From assembly GCA_964016885.1 (NCBI GenBank), contig OZ024741.1, positions 180,172,001 to 180,236,000 of the forward strand: 64,000 nucleotides of DNA, read 5' to 3'. Positions within the stretch are counted from its first letter, which is position 1, and the number at the start of each line of letters is the position of its first letter. Both the position numbers and the translations under genes were made by a program. This DNA is from Eledone cirrhosa. Lineage: Eukaryota. This document shows, piece by piece, positions 43,338 through 55,968 of the stretch. Below the pieces are notes generated by a model, which ran no database searches, was not told the origin of the DNA, and saw only the letters and a list, made by a program, of their open reading frames with translations.

Positions 43338-44965
43338 CCCACCACCAACACCACCACAACTACCACCAACACCACCAACACCACCACAACTACCACCAAC
43401 ACCACCACAACTACCACCAACACCACCACAACTACCACCAACACCACCACAACTACCACCAACACCACCACAACTACCACGACCATCACTTCCACTATCA
43501 CTTCCACCACTATCTCCACCACATCCGCCACCCCACCACAACTACCACCACCACCACCACCACCACAACCACCAACACCACCACCACAACTACCACGACC
43601 ATCACTTCCTCTATCACTTCCACCACTATCTCCACTATCTCCACCACATCTGCCACCCCACCAGAAACACCACCACCACCACCAACACCACCACAACTAC
43701 CACCAACACCACCACAACTACCACGACCATCACTTCCTCTATCACTTCCACCACTATCTCCACTATCTCCACCACATCTGCCACCCCACCAGAAACACCA
43801 CCACCACCACCAACACCACCACAACTACCACCAACACCACCACAACTACCACGACCATCACTTCCACTATCACTTCCACCACTATCTCCACTATCTCCAC
43901 CACATCTGCCACCCCACCACAACTACCACCACTACCACCACCACCACAACTACCACCAACACCACCACCACAACTACCACCACCACCACCACCACCACAA
44001 CTACCACCAACACCACCACCACAACTACCACGACCATCACTTCCACTATCACTTCCACCACTATCTCCACTATCTCCACCACATCTGCCACCCCACCACA
44101 AACACCACCACCACCACCACCACCACCACAACTACCACCACCACCCCCACAACTACCACCACCACCACCACCACCACAACTACCACGACCATCACTTCCA
44201 CCACTATCTCCACTATCTCCACCACATCTGCCACCCCACCACAAACACCACCACTACCAACACCACCACCACAACTACCACCACCACCACCACAACTACC
44301 ACCAACACCACCACCACAACTACCACGACTATCACTTCCACTATCACTTCCACCACTATCTCCACTATCCCCACCACATCCGCCACCCCACCACAACTAC
44401 CACCACCACCACCACCACCACCACAACTACCACGACCATCACTTCCACTATCACTTCCACCACTATCTCCACTATCTCCACCACATCTGCCACCCCACCA
44501 CAACTACCACCACCACAACTACCACCAACACCACCACAACTACCACGACCATCACTTCCACTATCACTTCCACCACTATCTCCACTATCTCCACCACATC
44601 CGCCACCCCACCACAACTACCACCACCACCACCACCACCACAACTACCACCAACACCACCACAACTACCACGACCAACACCACCACCACAACTACCACGA
44701 CCATCACTTCCTCTATCACTTCCACCACTATCTCCACTATCTCCACCACATCTGCCACCCCACCAGAAACACCACCACCACCACCACCACAACTACCACC
44801 AAGACCACCACCACAACTACCACGACCATCACTTCCACTATCACTTCCACCACATCTGCCACCCCACCACAAACACCACCACCACCACCACCACCACCAC
44901 CAACACCATCACCACCAACAACAACACCACACCAACACTATCACCACGACCACTAACAACAACTA
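43338..44965. repeat. Higher-order CCA-rich minisatellite
   Basis: About 12 variable-length units with core CCACGACCATCACTTCC..CTATCTCCACCACATC(C/T)GCCACCCCACCA separated by variable (CCA)/CAACTA runs. Confidence 0.9.
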
Positions 44966-45089
44966 CAACAAATAAAAACAACTATCAAGTAGATCTCTTT
45001 TCACTAACGTCAGTAAATTTCAAACCTTATTGCTTCTGCTGTTATATTAAAATGTTGAGATGACACACTAGTTGGGTTTGTTTAATTTG

Positions 45090-45925
45090 ACATTGGATCT
45101 AAGGTAGTAGATATAGTTGGTCTGAGATCAACTTCCATGGATTAGATCTAAGTTAGTGGATTTATTGTTTAGTCTGGAATCATCTTCTTGGTATTAGATC
45201 TCAGGTAAAGATGTATTATCGGTCCTGGGATCAATTTCTAGGTATTGGAACCACGGTAGGAATATTTTGTGAATGCTTAGGATCTTCTTCTAGGGATTGG
45301 ATCTCAGGTAGTGGATACATTATTGAACTCGAGATCAACTTGTAGGTATTGAGTCAATAGTAGGGGATTTGTTCTTGGGGCTGTCATCAATTTCCAGTCT
45401 TGGGATCTATTGTAGTAGATATATTGTTGAAACTGGGATCAACTTCCAGTCATGGGATCTATGGTAGTAAATATATTGTTGAAACTGGGATCAACTTCCA
45501 GTTATGGGATCTATAGTAGTAGATATATGGTTGAAACTGGGATCAACTTCCAGTCAGGGGATCTATGATAGCAGAATATTGTTGAGCCTGGGATCAACTT
45601 CTGGTCATTGAATATCTGATAGTAGATATATTGTTGAACCTGGGATCAGCTTCCAGTCATTGGATGTATAAAAGTAGATATATTGTTGAGCCTGGATCTC
45701 AGGTAAGGATATATTGTTAGTCATGGATTCAACCTTTAGGAATTGAATCTTAGAGAGAGATATATTGCTGGGCCTGGGACCAATTTACAAGAATTAGATC
45801 TCAGGTAGAGATATATTATTAGGTCTGAAATCAATTTCAAAGGTTCTGATGTAAAGTAGCGGATACATTGTTGGAGCTGATATCAACTTCTAGTGATTGG
45901 ATCTCAGGTAGAGATATTATTGAGG
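45090..45925. repeat. 52-bp degenerate minisatellite
   Basis: Unit GGGATCTATNGTAGTAGATATATTGTTGAAACTGGGATCAACTTCCAGTCAT starting at 45402, 45454, 45506 etc.; diverges outward. Confidence 0.85.
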
Positions 45926-46139
45926 GTCCGTAGATAAGATGTCTACTTCAACACTGTTTACCGATCATCAAATCTTTCTTGGGCTTGTTAGAGCACGGAT
46001 ACGTATTTCTTTTCATTGAACCCATAACATTTCTTATCAATTCTCTCGCTTACACAACTATTTGTTTCGCCTATATATAGAAAGCTAGTTTCACTACCTC
46101 TCTAGAAAACTCGTTCGATACACTGAATGAACCTCCATC

Positions 46140-46450
46140 GCTGTCGATGATGAGTGTTCCAGTTGTTCAATCAATGGAACAGCCTGATCGTTAAATTAAC
46201 GTGCAAGTATTCCACAGGCACATGTAAACTTAGCATAATTTACGAGGAGATTCAGCATGACACTGTGTAACAAGGTTGACTCTTTGAATTACAGGTATAG
46301 TCCATCCGACGGGCTTCCAAACAGTTTCTGCCTACCGAATTTCATTCACAGAGATTGGATCAACTCGAAGCTGTACCCAAGATGCAACGATATAGGATCG
46401 AACCCGGGACCTAATGGTTATAAAGCGAACTTCTTAACCATTCAACCATG
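46140..46450 (-). mobile_element. Diverged SINE-like repeat
   Basis: Minus-strand B-box-like GGTTCGATCC at ~46395-46405; shares a segment with 14940-15045. Confidence 0.5.
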
Positions 46451-46600
46451 GTGCACCCACAACAATATACTACATCCCAAGCTTTACAGTTTATCTACGA
46501 CTCCTTAATGGATTTATCTACAAAACTCTGTTAGAGAAGTGAACGTCTCTAACAATTTGTTTATTTACACTTAAAATGCATGTTCCGTTTTTATTATATG

Positions 46601-47280
46601 TACTAGCAGAAAACCACCCTTCGGGTGGTTTTCTGCTAGCATGTGTAGTGTGTATATTGATATTATACGCAAGTATAATATATATGATGATCAAATAAAA
46701 TCGTAATTGACAATATACACAGAAATTGAACGAAGACTGTGTTACACTCTCTTATGTAATCAGTAACGTAATCCATGATACATTAAAAAAAGACAATATT
46801 ATATATAAACTGCATTAGGAGAAAATTACTGACAGAAATATATGAATATTTATTTAAACGAACGCTAACCGGAAGTGTTGACATTTGAAAATTTTAAAGT
46901 AGTGAATCTTTAAATAAGTAATAAAATATATTTAATGAACAGCCACGAAATTTAGTAGATACATTATGTAATATTCATTCATTATTTATTCAAAGTAAGG
47001 CGGTGGATTGGCAGTATCGGTAGAGAGTCGGACACCATGCTTTGAAGCATAGAGTTACGTCCCTTTATGATCTGAGTTCAAATCCCGCCGAGGTTAACTT
47101 TGCCTTTCATCCTTACGGGGTCGATAAAATAAAGTACCAGTAATGTACTGGGTAATTGCTGGCCTTGTGCCTAAAATAGAAACAATTATTTATTCAAAGT
47201 AATCCAACTTATTTTACTAAGGGGATAAAAATTATAAACTGTACGCAGTCCCACGCTTTTTACTTTATTATAGTTTAGAT
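46601..47280 (+). mobile_element. Helentron/HINE-like non-autonomous element hosting a SINE
   Basis: TACTAG start with a 17-bp-stem hairpin (46603-46639); TTTATTATAG.TTAGAT end. Confidence 0.45.
46999..47184 (+). mobile_element. tRNA-derived SINE with 18-bp TSD
   Basis: TSD ATTATTTATTCAAAGTAA at 46981-46998 and 47185-47202; A and B boxes present. Confidence 0.92.
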
Positions 47281-47528
47281 TCGTCTGGCGGACGTTGTAC
47301 TAACGACCTTCACAAACATTCTGAGACTGGATGAATCGAAAAGAGTAGAACTTCTCTGAAACGGTTGCCGGAGAAAAAAAGAAAAATGAATTCCAAACGG
47401 TAGACGTTGCTAGAGAGAAACGCCGGCGTAATGATTTAGTGTCAGGCTGGGTCAAGAAACATGATTTACGGAGCGAAGAGAAAGGAGACAAGTGTGTTCA
47501 AATGAAGTTGGCGCGATATATCATATAT

Positions 47529-49320
47529 CTTCTTCTTCTTCTTCTTCTTCTTCTTCTTCTTCTTCTTCTTCTTCTTTTTCTTCTTTTTCTTTTTCTTTTT
47601 CTTTTTCTTTTTCTTTTTCTTTTTCTTCTTCTTCTTCTTCTTCTCGTCACACTTACTCCTGTGAGGGTCATAGAGGAAGAGTCCTCAGAGACGCCTTCCA
47701 GAGAGTCTTATTATAAACAGCCATCTCCAAGTGATCCGTCAGGATTCCCAAGCGGGACCAACCAAACTTATAGATATTATCCAGCCATTTTGCACGTGAT
47801 CTACCACTGGGTCTCCCGTCGGTTTGTTTACCTATAAAATCTGTCCAATGATTCTTAGCCATTCTAACCACATATCCGTAGTACCGGGGCTGGGATCTCT
47901 CGATGCGGAGAAGTGGTGGCTCTACTTTGAGCGACTCCCTGATCTCCAATCCACGCACCTTATCGAATAACCTTACGCCACACTCTCTTCAGAGGAGTCC
48001 CATTTCAACCACTTGTATTTGTGATCGTATTGTTTCAGTCATTACCTAAGAATCATGACCATAAGTAAGGGTAGTCACGCCGGATTGAAGGTAACGAGTT
48101 TGTTCTTTTCACCTACCTCGCTTCTGATGATCAAGTACTGAAGCTGGCGCATTATTGCACCACCTCAAGGAATTCTTTCATTTAATTCGGCCTCCTGTGT
48201 TTCGTCCAACGGCCTTAAGATAAGTAAACTTCACCACCTTCTTCAGTGTAACTCCACTCACATGCATAGTGCATTGCGCAGGCATCCTTGAGAGGACGAG
48301 TGCCTTAGTCTTCGCAGCATTGATTTTCATTCCTGCGTGCTACATTCGGCAACAAATCTATCTAGGGCATGTTGGAGATCACCTTCCGACGAGTTAAGTA
48401 GAACCATGTTATCTGCAAATATCAACCGACTGATCCTAAACCTGTCGGTTTTGATAACACTTCCAGCCCGTTTGCGCATGAAAAATATAGCATTTTAGGT
48501 AAAGATGTGGGAGGATTTGTGAGTTAAGCTGGTATCCGATTATAGATCAGCAAATAAAGTATTCTGGCAGACCATCCACCGACTTCGTAATAAGAAGTCC
48601 CCCTCCATGGCTGCTATCAGGAACTTGTCTGGTGTACTTCCCTCTTCAGAGAGCTGCATCATCGTATGGTAGTGAGAATACTTTGCTGATCTCCTAACTA
48701 CGCTCACAAGAACATCTGATGTACATGAGGATCATCTAGGGACGAAGACTAACTCTTCGAGGGCTGGGGTCAAAAGAACAGTTAACGCGCTCAAATGTGA
48801 CAAGGCCTCAGAGGGGGATGAAATACGACCCGGGATATGAAAAGCCTTAAAAGGGTGGCCTGGATTTCTGGAAAGGTACTAAAGTAAAGGCAATCAGAAG
48901 GGATAATCACCATTTTGAAAAAAAAGGGACCAACTGAGATTGTTCTAGTTATAGAGGAATTTTCTTGTTAAACCTTCCCGGTAAAGACTATGTTAAATAT
49001 ATGGCAAAGAGATGTAGGGATATTATCAAGTCCAAGTTAGCTGATGAACAGTGGGATTTTCGTCCCGAACGTAGCACAGCCGACCAGATATTGACACTGC
49101 GGCAGTCACCGAGGAACTGTGAGATGTTGCCAAGCGGTGTATGTTTCGAGGACATTCAATAGGCGTTTGTTGCTGGAGGTTCTACAAGAGTGTGGGATTT
49201 CTGGACAGCTTCTTATTGTCTTAAAATGCCAATACAAATGCCCTGGTATTCGGATAATTGGTGCTAAGTCGAAACCATTTAACACGCCAAGGGTGCGTGT
49301 TCTCACCTATTCTATATATG
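47529..49320 (-). mobile_element. RTE-clade LINE with inverted 5' segment
   Basis: 47529-48480 (-): FADN through the 3' end and (GAA)n tail; 48490-49320 (+): upstream RT motifs FWQTI, YRGI, FRPERST.DQI, SKPF. Confidence 0.8.
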
Positions 49321-49447
49321 TATCACATCATGCTCGATGTGTGATCTTCCCAGTCTTCGCTCCGCAGACACTCCATATACATACAAATACACACACACAT
49401 ACACACACAAAAGCACACACACACATACACTCACACGCACACGCACG

Positions 49448-49510
<63 letters not shown>

Positions 49511-49539
49511 ACACACATAGATAGATAGATAGATAGATA

Positions 49540-49657
49540 TATTTCTTTATTAGCCACAAGAGCACAAAAGAAGGGGACAAGTACAAAGGGGACAGTTTAC
49601 ATTCAATAAAAACGTGTAAAACAATATCACAGATGAAAATTAAAGAAAAACATTCGA
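49540..49657 (-). mobile_element. Very short 5'-truncated Tx1-like 3' end
   Basis: Similar to 49685-49790; bracketed by duplicated ACACACATAGATAGATAGATAGAT. Confidence 0.75.
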
Positions 49658-49684
49658 CACACATAGATAGATAGATAGATATGT

Positions 49685-52600
49685 TTCTTTATTAGCCACA
49701 GGGACACAAAAGAAGGGGACAAATACAAAGGGGGAAGTTTACATACAATAAAAACGTGTAAAATGCTATCACAATTGTAATTTAAAAATTAATCGATTTT
49801 CCCCAATAGGGGGAGACATTTTATATAGGTAACACATACCCCCGAAAAAATGTGCAACCCTCATCTCCAGGAGTACGAAGAGTCTGTACCCCTTCCCTCT
49901 CTTCCTCTTTTTCCTCAACCTACAGGCTGATATAAAGAGAAGGCCCATTCACTCGGGCCATTCTCGCCCCTTTCACCCACCTTTCATAAAACTTGCTGGG
50001 GTACAGCACCTGTCTCTCCATCCTGATTCTTCTTCCAAAGTGGTATTTGAAAAAAAGAATCAGTTGTTGACCGGAGAGAAAGGTGTCTGACCTCAGGCCT
50101 TTTAACCTCGTCCACCATACAACCTCTTTCGCCATAGCTATCACACAAAGGAAAACCGCTTCTCCTGCGTTTTTGAAGGAGGGTGGTGGTTTGATCATGA
50201 CAATGGACTCGGTGGTCAACTGGACTGGTCCCACCCTTGATAATAGTCGTTCTCCATAGCCCCACAGGTCGGTAACGCCCCGGCAGTGTATGAATGCGTA
50301 CGCGACGGTTTCTTCGTCTCGCACGCATCTCGGACAGATCTTTTTCGAAGGGTCCCTGCTCGGGCGCCCATGTCTGTAGAGCTTGTCCCGAACTGGTAGA
50401 GCTCCTCGGTAGCACTGCCAGGCCAGGGACTTTGGGAAGTTGTCCATCGGTCCCGGGCGGAAGTTTCTACCGAACAGACTGGCCAGTTCGTCTTCCTCTA
50501 CGCCTAGAGTTTCTCCGAGCGCGTCGTCGCACTTGCTGCGGATCAACCCTCTATAGAATGACGAAGTAGAGTCTCCACTGATCGCCGAGTCTGCCTGCCA
50601 GAGGGCTGTGAGCGCCTGAGCACATTCGATGTGCCAGTCGCCCATTTTCCTCTGTCTTTGCTTGATCCAGAGCTGCAGCTCGGTCAGCGAGACGAGTCGT
50701 GGGAAGGCTCGCCTCACAAATGGGGCCCACACCGGTTGTCCGGTGAGGAATACGTAGAGATGCCGCAGCCTGAGCGCTTGTTGCGCATCGTCAGCCACGG
50801 CATCCACAGCCCTAGGTTGGAAGGGTGTTGGCAGCAGATGGATCTTCTCACCAAAGGAGGCTTCTTCCAAAGGAATTGGAAGAGCGCGTGCTCCATTTTG
50901 GTGAGCGTTTTGGCTGGACAAGGCACGACGGTCAAGCGGTAGTAGATGACGGACGTTATAAAAGTGTTCGCCACCTCCGCTCGACCTTTCAAGGATAGTT
51001 TGCACTCGGCCCACTTCTGGGTGAGTGCAAACACCTTGGCCGTCACTTCGTTCCAGTTTTTCTCCACCTGGAGGTCCGGACCAAACCAGACCCCGACGAC
51101 GACACCATCGGAAGGCATCGGTTTGCCTCTCCACGATCCGAGTTGCAAACCGACGGACTTGTCCCGGTTCATCTTCGCTCCTGTGAACCTTTCGTATTCC
51201 TTCAGTAAGGTGCCGACTTCCTCGATTTGCGAGGTGCTCGACACCATCACTGTCAAGTCGTCGGCGTAGGCCGACGCCGCTTTCTGCAGTCCCGGTTCTA
51301 GAGGGATGCCCTGCAATAGCTCCAACATCCGCAGTAGTGGCTCGAGAGTCAGTACGTACAGAAAGGGGGAGAGGGGGCATCCCTGTCGAATGAATCGAGT
51401 GATATGGAACGGCTCCGAGAGGTAGCCGTTCACCTTGAGCCTTGAGCAGATGTTGCTGTTGTGCATTGCAGCAATCCAGCCCCTGAACACGGGTCCGAAG
51501 CCTGCCGCCTCGAGCACCGCATCCAGGTAACGATGGTCAATCCTATCGAAAGCCTTAGACTGATCCAAGTTGATCAGGGCTGCGCCGAACCCGGGTTTAC
51601 ACCCTACCCTCTCTATGATGTATCGCATGAGGTGGAGGTTGTCGTGTATCGACCTGGTCGGGATTGCGCATGTCTGCGCTTCTTCCACCAGGTTTTCGAC
51701 GACAAGCGCCAGCCTCTTTGCCAACACTTTGGCCAAAATCTGTAACTCAGTGTTTAGCAGAGTTATGGGCTGGAAGTTTCCTATGTCATCCCCCTTATTC
51801 TCGTCCTTCCTGACTTGTGTGACTACGCCCCTGGTCACAGAAGTGGGAATTCTCCCGTTCTGTTGCCAGGTGCAGTAGACCGCTTCCAGGAGACCGGAGA
51901 ACAAGTCCGGCATTGCTACGTAAAATTCGTAGGGTAGACCGTCGAGACCTGGAGATTTGCGTTTGCCGCATTGACTTAGCGCGTCCCCTATCTCAGCGGC
52001 TGAAATCGGCTTTTCGCAGAACTTCGCCTCGCTGTCCGAGAGTCGTGGTAAGCCGTCGAGGTATGGACCGAAATCCATAGCCCCTCCCGGCGCGCCGCCC
52101 TGCCCGAACAGCTGAGCAAAGGGCCGCTGAAATGCCGCGCACATCTGCTTCGGCTCACGTATCACGCATCGTACGTTCACACATCCAACTCTTATATTGG
52201 CCATGTTGGTGCTGAAAAGTTAAAAGAAAAGGAAAAGAAATCACTCACCTTTCGTCTCCTGGGGACCAGGCTGCACGATTTCCATGGGGGTGTTGGAGGG
52301 GTTGTCTGAGTGAGTGGTGGTTTCTGGCAGGGTGGGGACGGAGATGTTTGGGGGGGGGATATATTTGAAAAGGATGCGGTTAAGTGGTTTCACGCGGGAA
52401 TTCCTCACATCCTTTTCAAATGATTCTTTTAGGGACCTATAAGTTTGTATAGGGACCCTAATCAGTTTTAGGTTAAGTTTTTTGTTATTTTTAATAGAGT
52501 GGGCGAAAGTTTTCCCTTCGTGATGGCCTCCATTAGTGTTTTGTTTTCAGTGTTTATGTCAGTGTAAGTGTAATTTTCTTGTGTTGTGTTTGTTTTTGTC

Positions 52601-54338
52601 TGTAGTTCGTTTGTGTGCTTTCGTTTTGTTGTAGGTATTTTGTTTTCAGGAGGTGGGGGTTTTGTTTGTGATGTGTTTGGTGGTTGTATGTTTGTGGTAG
52701 TGTTTGCTGGTTTTTTTGTTTATGTGGTGTCTTTTCTTTCTTTTCGAGCGATGGGGTTCTCCCTCGTCTTCACTGGGTAATGACGAGATAGCCTCATCTG
52801 TTGTATCGTCTGTGTGATTGGGGAGGGGTATGTCTTGGGGAGCTGTTGTGTCTGTATGTGATTTTGCAGTGGTTTTAGGTGGAGTGGGGTTGGGTGGGAC
52901 TGTGTTTGTTGTGGTTATTTGTGTGTGTTGGTGTTGTTGTTGTTGTTGTTGTGGTGGTGTTGGTGGTTGTGTTATTTTGATGGGTGTCGGCAGAAGAGTC
53001 TTTTTTTTTACTCATTAATTTAGGACAGGAAGCCCTCAGGTGACCCCTGCTAAAGCAGTGGTAACATGAAGGCCGCTTACCCTCAACCGAAAAGTTTATG
53101 TAGGTGAGTCCGTCCAGGAGTACACGTTGTGGGATCATAGCTATTCGCTCTGGGCTCATTTGCACCAGAACTTCAACGCTAGTCCCATTAAATACATCTC
53201 AGGGGGACTTTCCTACTGAAAGTATTCTGTCTTCATCAAAATTGATGAAGCCGCACAGTATCCACTATATGTTTACCTTTGGTGTGACACTCGTGATTCT
53301 AATCTTTTGTGTCCTTTTTCCCATGTATGTAGGGAAAAAGGTATACAGGTTGGAAACAATTGGCGACACAGAGAAATTTTGAGCCGTCAATTGATCCTTC
53401 GTGAGTACCGAAATACTCCCAAAGAGTTTGCCTCTTTGAATGAATGAAATATCATTCATTGAATTCTTGAAAACCAGTTCAATTTCTTTCTATGACAATT
53501 GGACTGGTTTTCGGGTAGGATTGGAAACTGTCCTAAAAACTATCGTTTTGAGAGCAGTTTCCTTACGAATTTCTACAGGGGAATTGATGCTGAAAGCACC
53601 ATTCTTTTAGAAAGTAACATATCTCCTAGCGTCCTTTAGAAGTTGTTCGGAATTTGATATGTCGAGATATGTTAGTTCCTCCTTTTTCTGAACTGTCTGT
53701 GCAAAGGAGATTTTCGGTTTCTTTGTGGAATTATCCGTGTTGGTGGTGTTGTCATTGTTGTTGTTATTGTTGTCGTTGTTCTTGTTGTCACTGATGTTGA
53801 TATTGTTCGTATTTTCCTTGGTGTTGGTGTTGTTGTTGTCTTTGATGCTGGTATTATTGGTGTTGTCTTTATTTTTTTCTTTGTTGTTGTTTTGATTGTT
53901 GTTTTTATCATCATTATTGGTGTTGTTGTTGTTATTGTTGTTGTCATTGTACTGTTTTGTGTCATTTGTGTCGTTTGGATATGAATTTGTTTTTACAATT
54001 TGATTTCGTCTTTCCATCTCCATAGTATCTATGGAGAAGGAAAGGGAAAACGATGTTGACTGCGATCTATGTAGTCTTACTGTCTCTCCACTACCATTAT
54101 CGCCAAACGCAGCGATCATAGCGTAATCAAACTTCTTACGATATTTTTTCCAAAATTCGATGGAGAAAAATTTTCCAAACGAATATTTCGCCTCTGTAGG
54201 GGCGAAAATGAGTTGACCCACCACCAGAGAGTCCAGACGGGGGGTCAAGTTACACAATAATATAAAATTTAACTGAAAACTCACGGTTTTTCTTACATAA
54301 ATTAACGGAAACTTCTCCGCGAAGTTACACACGTCTGG
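49685..54338 (-). mobile_element. Tx1-like LINE (copy 3) with endonuclease deletion
   Basis: ORF1 remnant with CYHCFSRGHLRASC; ORF 52204-50714 with MANIRVGCVNVR fused to the RT region (RQGCPLSP, YADD); C-terminus in ORF ending at 49920. Confidence 0.93.
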
Positions 54339-54604
54339 TAGAGAGAGAGAGAGATAGATATCATAAGGGTTTAGATCGATATCGCCAGCTTAGTGATATC
54401 TAGTGATATCAATTTTGTTTAAAATTTGCTCAAAAAATTTTATTTCCGAAAACTAAATTTCCGGGTCGGTGCCGGTATCCTACGTCTAGCATTAACTGCT
54501 ATTCTGCCGTCAAGTGACAGCAGCAGTGGCCGACTGGCTGGGGTGGTGTTAATGCTTAAAAGTAGCATGACATAATTCAAGAAAAATTTTGTGAGGTAAT
54601 TATA

Positions 54605-54782
54605 ATTCTTTCTACATTTGGCACAAGGCCAGCAATTATCCCAGTGCATTACTAGTACTTTATTTTTATCGACCCGGTAAGGATGAAAAGCAAAGTTAAC
54701 CTCGGTGGGATTTGAACTCAGACCATAAAGGGCCGTAACTCTTTGCTGCAAAGCATGGCGTCCGACCTTCTACCGATACTGA
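54605..54782 (-). mobile_element. tRNA-derived SINE
   Basis: Same family as 983-1170. Confidence 0.85.
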
Positions 54783-54916
54783 ACAATACCCAGTTGAATT
54801 CGATTTTGTTGTTTACAATTTGCTCAACAGCCAGTATCCTCCTAGTTTAATATATATAAATATCATATATATATATATGTATATTTATATATATATATAT
54901 ATGTGTGTGTGTAAAG

Positions 54917-55216
54917 GCATGGCTTAGTGGTTAGACCGTCGGGCTTTCAATTTGTTGGGAGTTCTATTCTCGAACTTTATTTCACGATGCTCCAGTTCAC
55001 TCAGTTGTAGAAATCAGTGGCCACGTCACTGGTGCCAAGCTGTATCGGTCTTTGCTTTTCCCTGGGACAACATCAGTGTGGAGTGGAGATGGAAAACTGG
55101 TTTGTATGGGCGACTGGTGGTCCTCCACAAACAACCTTGCCCGGACTTGTGCCACGAAGGGGAACTTTCCAAGTGCCAATCCTATGGTCATTTGTGACCG
55201 AAGGGGGTCTTTACCT

Positions 55217-55220
<4 letters not shown>
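54917..55220 (+). mobile_element. tRNA-derived SINE (CORE-like)
   Basis: A box TGGCTTAGTGG; ACTTTATTTCAC..TGCTCCAGTTCACTCAG core; CTTTACCTCTT end. Confidence 0.6.
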
Positions 55221-55281
<61 letters not shown>

Positions 55282-55284
55282 CTT

Positions 55285-55470
55285 GATCACCTTGACTGAC
55301 CAGTCTGATCGGCGCCGCTGGTCACAGCACGTCGTGCTGTTTTAGCCGTAAGATAACGCCATCCCACTAGCTGGGCGGACAGGCCGGTACTCATTTCTAC
55401 AGCTGAGTAAACTGGAGCAACGTGAAATAAAGTGCCTTGCTCAAGGAAACAACACATCAGCCGGTCCGAG
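55285..55470 (-). mobile_element. SINE (CORE-like) 3' portion
   Basis: Reverse complement contains CTTGAGCAAGGCACTTTATTTCACGTTGCTCCAGTTTACTCAGCTG. Confidence 0.6.
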
Positions 55471-55488
55471 ATATAGATAGATAGATAA

Positions 55489-55547
<59 letters not shown>

Positions 55548-55554
55548 TGCATAC

Positions 55555-55649
<95 letters not shown>

Positions 55650-55697
55650 CATATCTATATCTATATCTATCTATATATATATATATATATATATATG

Positions 55698-55892
55698 TAG
55701 GAACGAGTAGGACCCCGACGGCTCAGCTCAAGCCGTTTCGACGGCTAATTCTGGACGTCCAGAATTAGCCGTCGAAACGGCTTGAGCTCAGCCGTCGGGG
55801 TTCTACTCGTTCCTATTACCCACTCTACTACCCTAAGTATTGAGTACTTTGGTGCGTTATGGTCCATCTGGTTCCTTACCACATTTCCTTCG

Positions 55893-55893
<1 letters not shown>
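55698..55893. mobile_element. Family B fold-back copy with loop-less palindrome
   Basis: 55698-55756 and 55757-55815 form a near-perfect palindrome centred on GGAC|GTCC, followed by the family B 3' tail and (TA)n. Confidence 0.85.

Positions 55894-55965
<72 letters not shown>

Positions 55966-55968
<3 letters not shown>

Noticed and set aside
43304-44872. Gly/Val-rich or extensin-like ORFs
   Set aside because: Minisatellite units shift the frame; the open frames are compositional
45090-45925. Possible CRISPR-like array
   Set aside because: Contiguous tandem units without unique spacers, no cas genes, eukaryotic context
46999-47090. tRNA gene
   Set aside because: The A/B boxes belong to a multi-copy SINE head with TSDs; no cloverleaf
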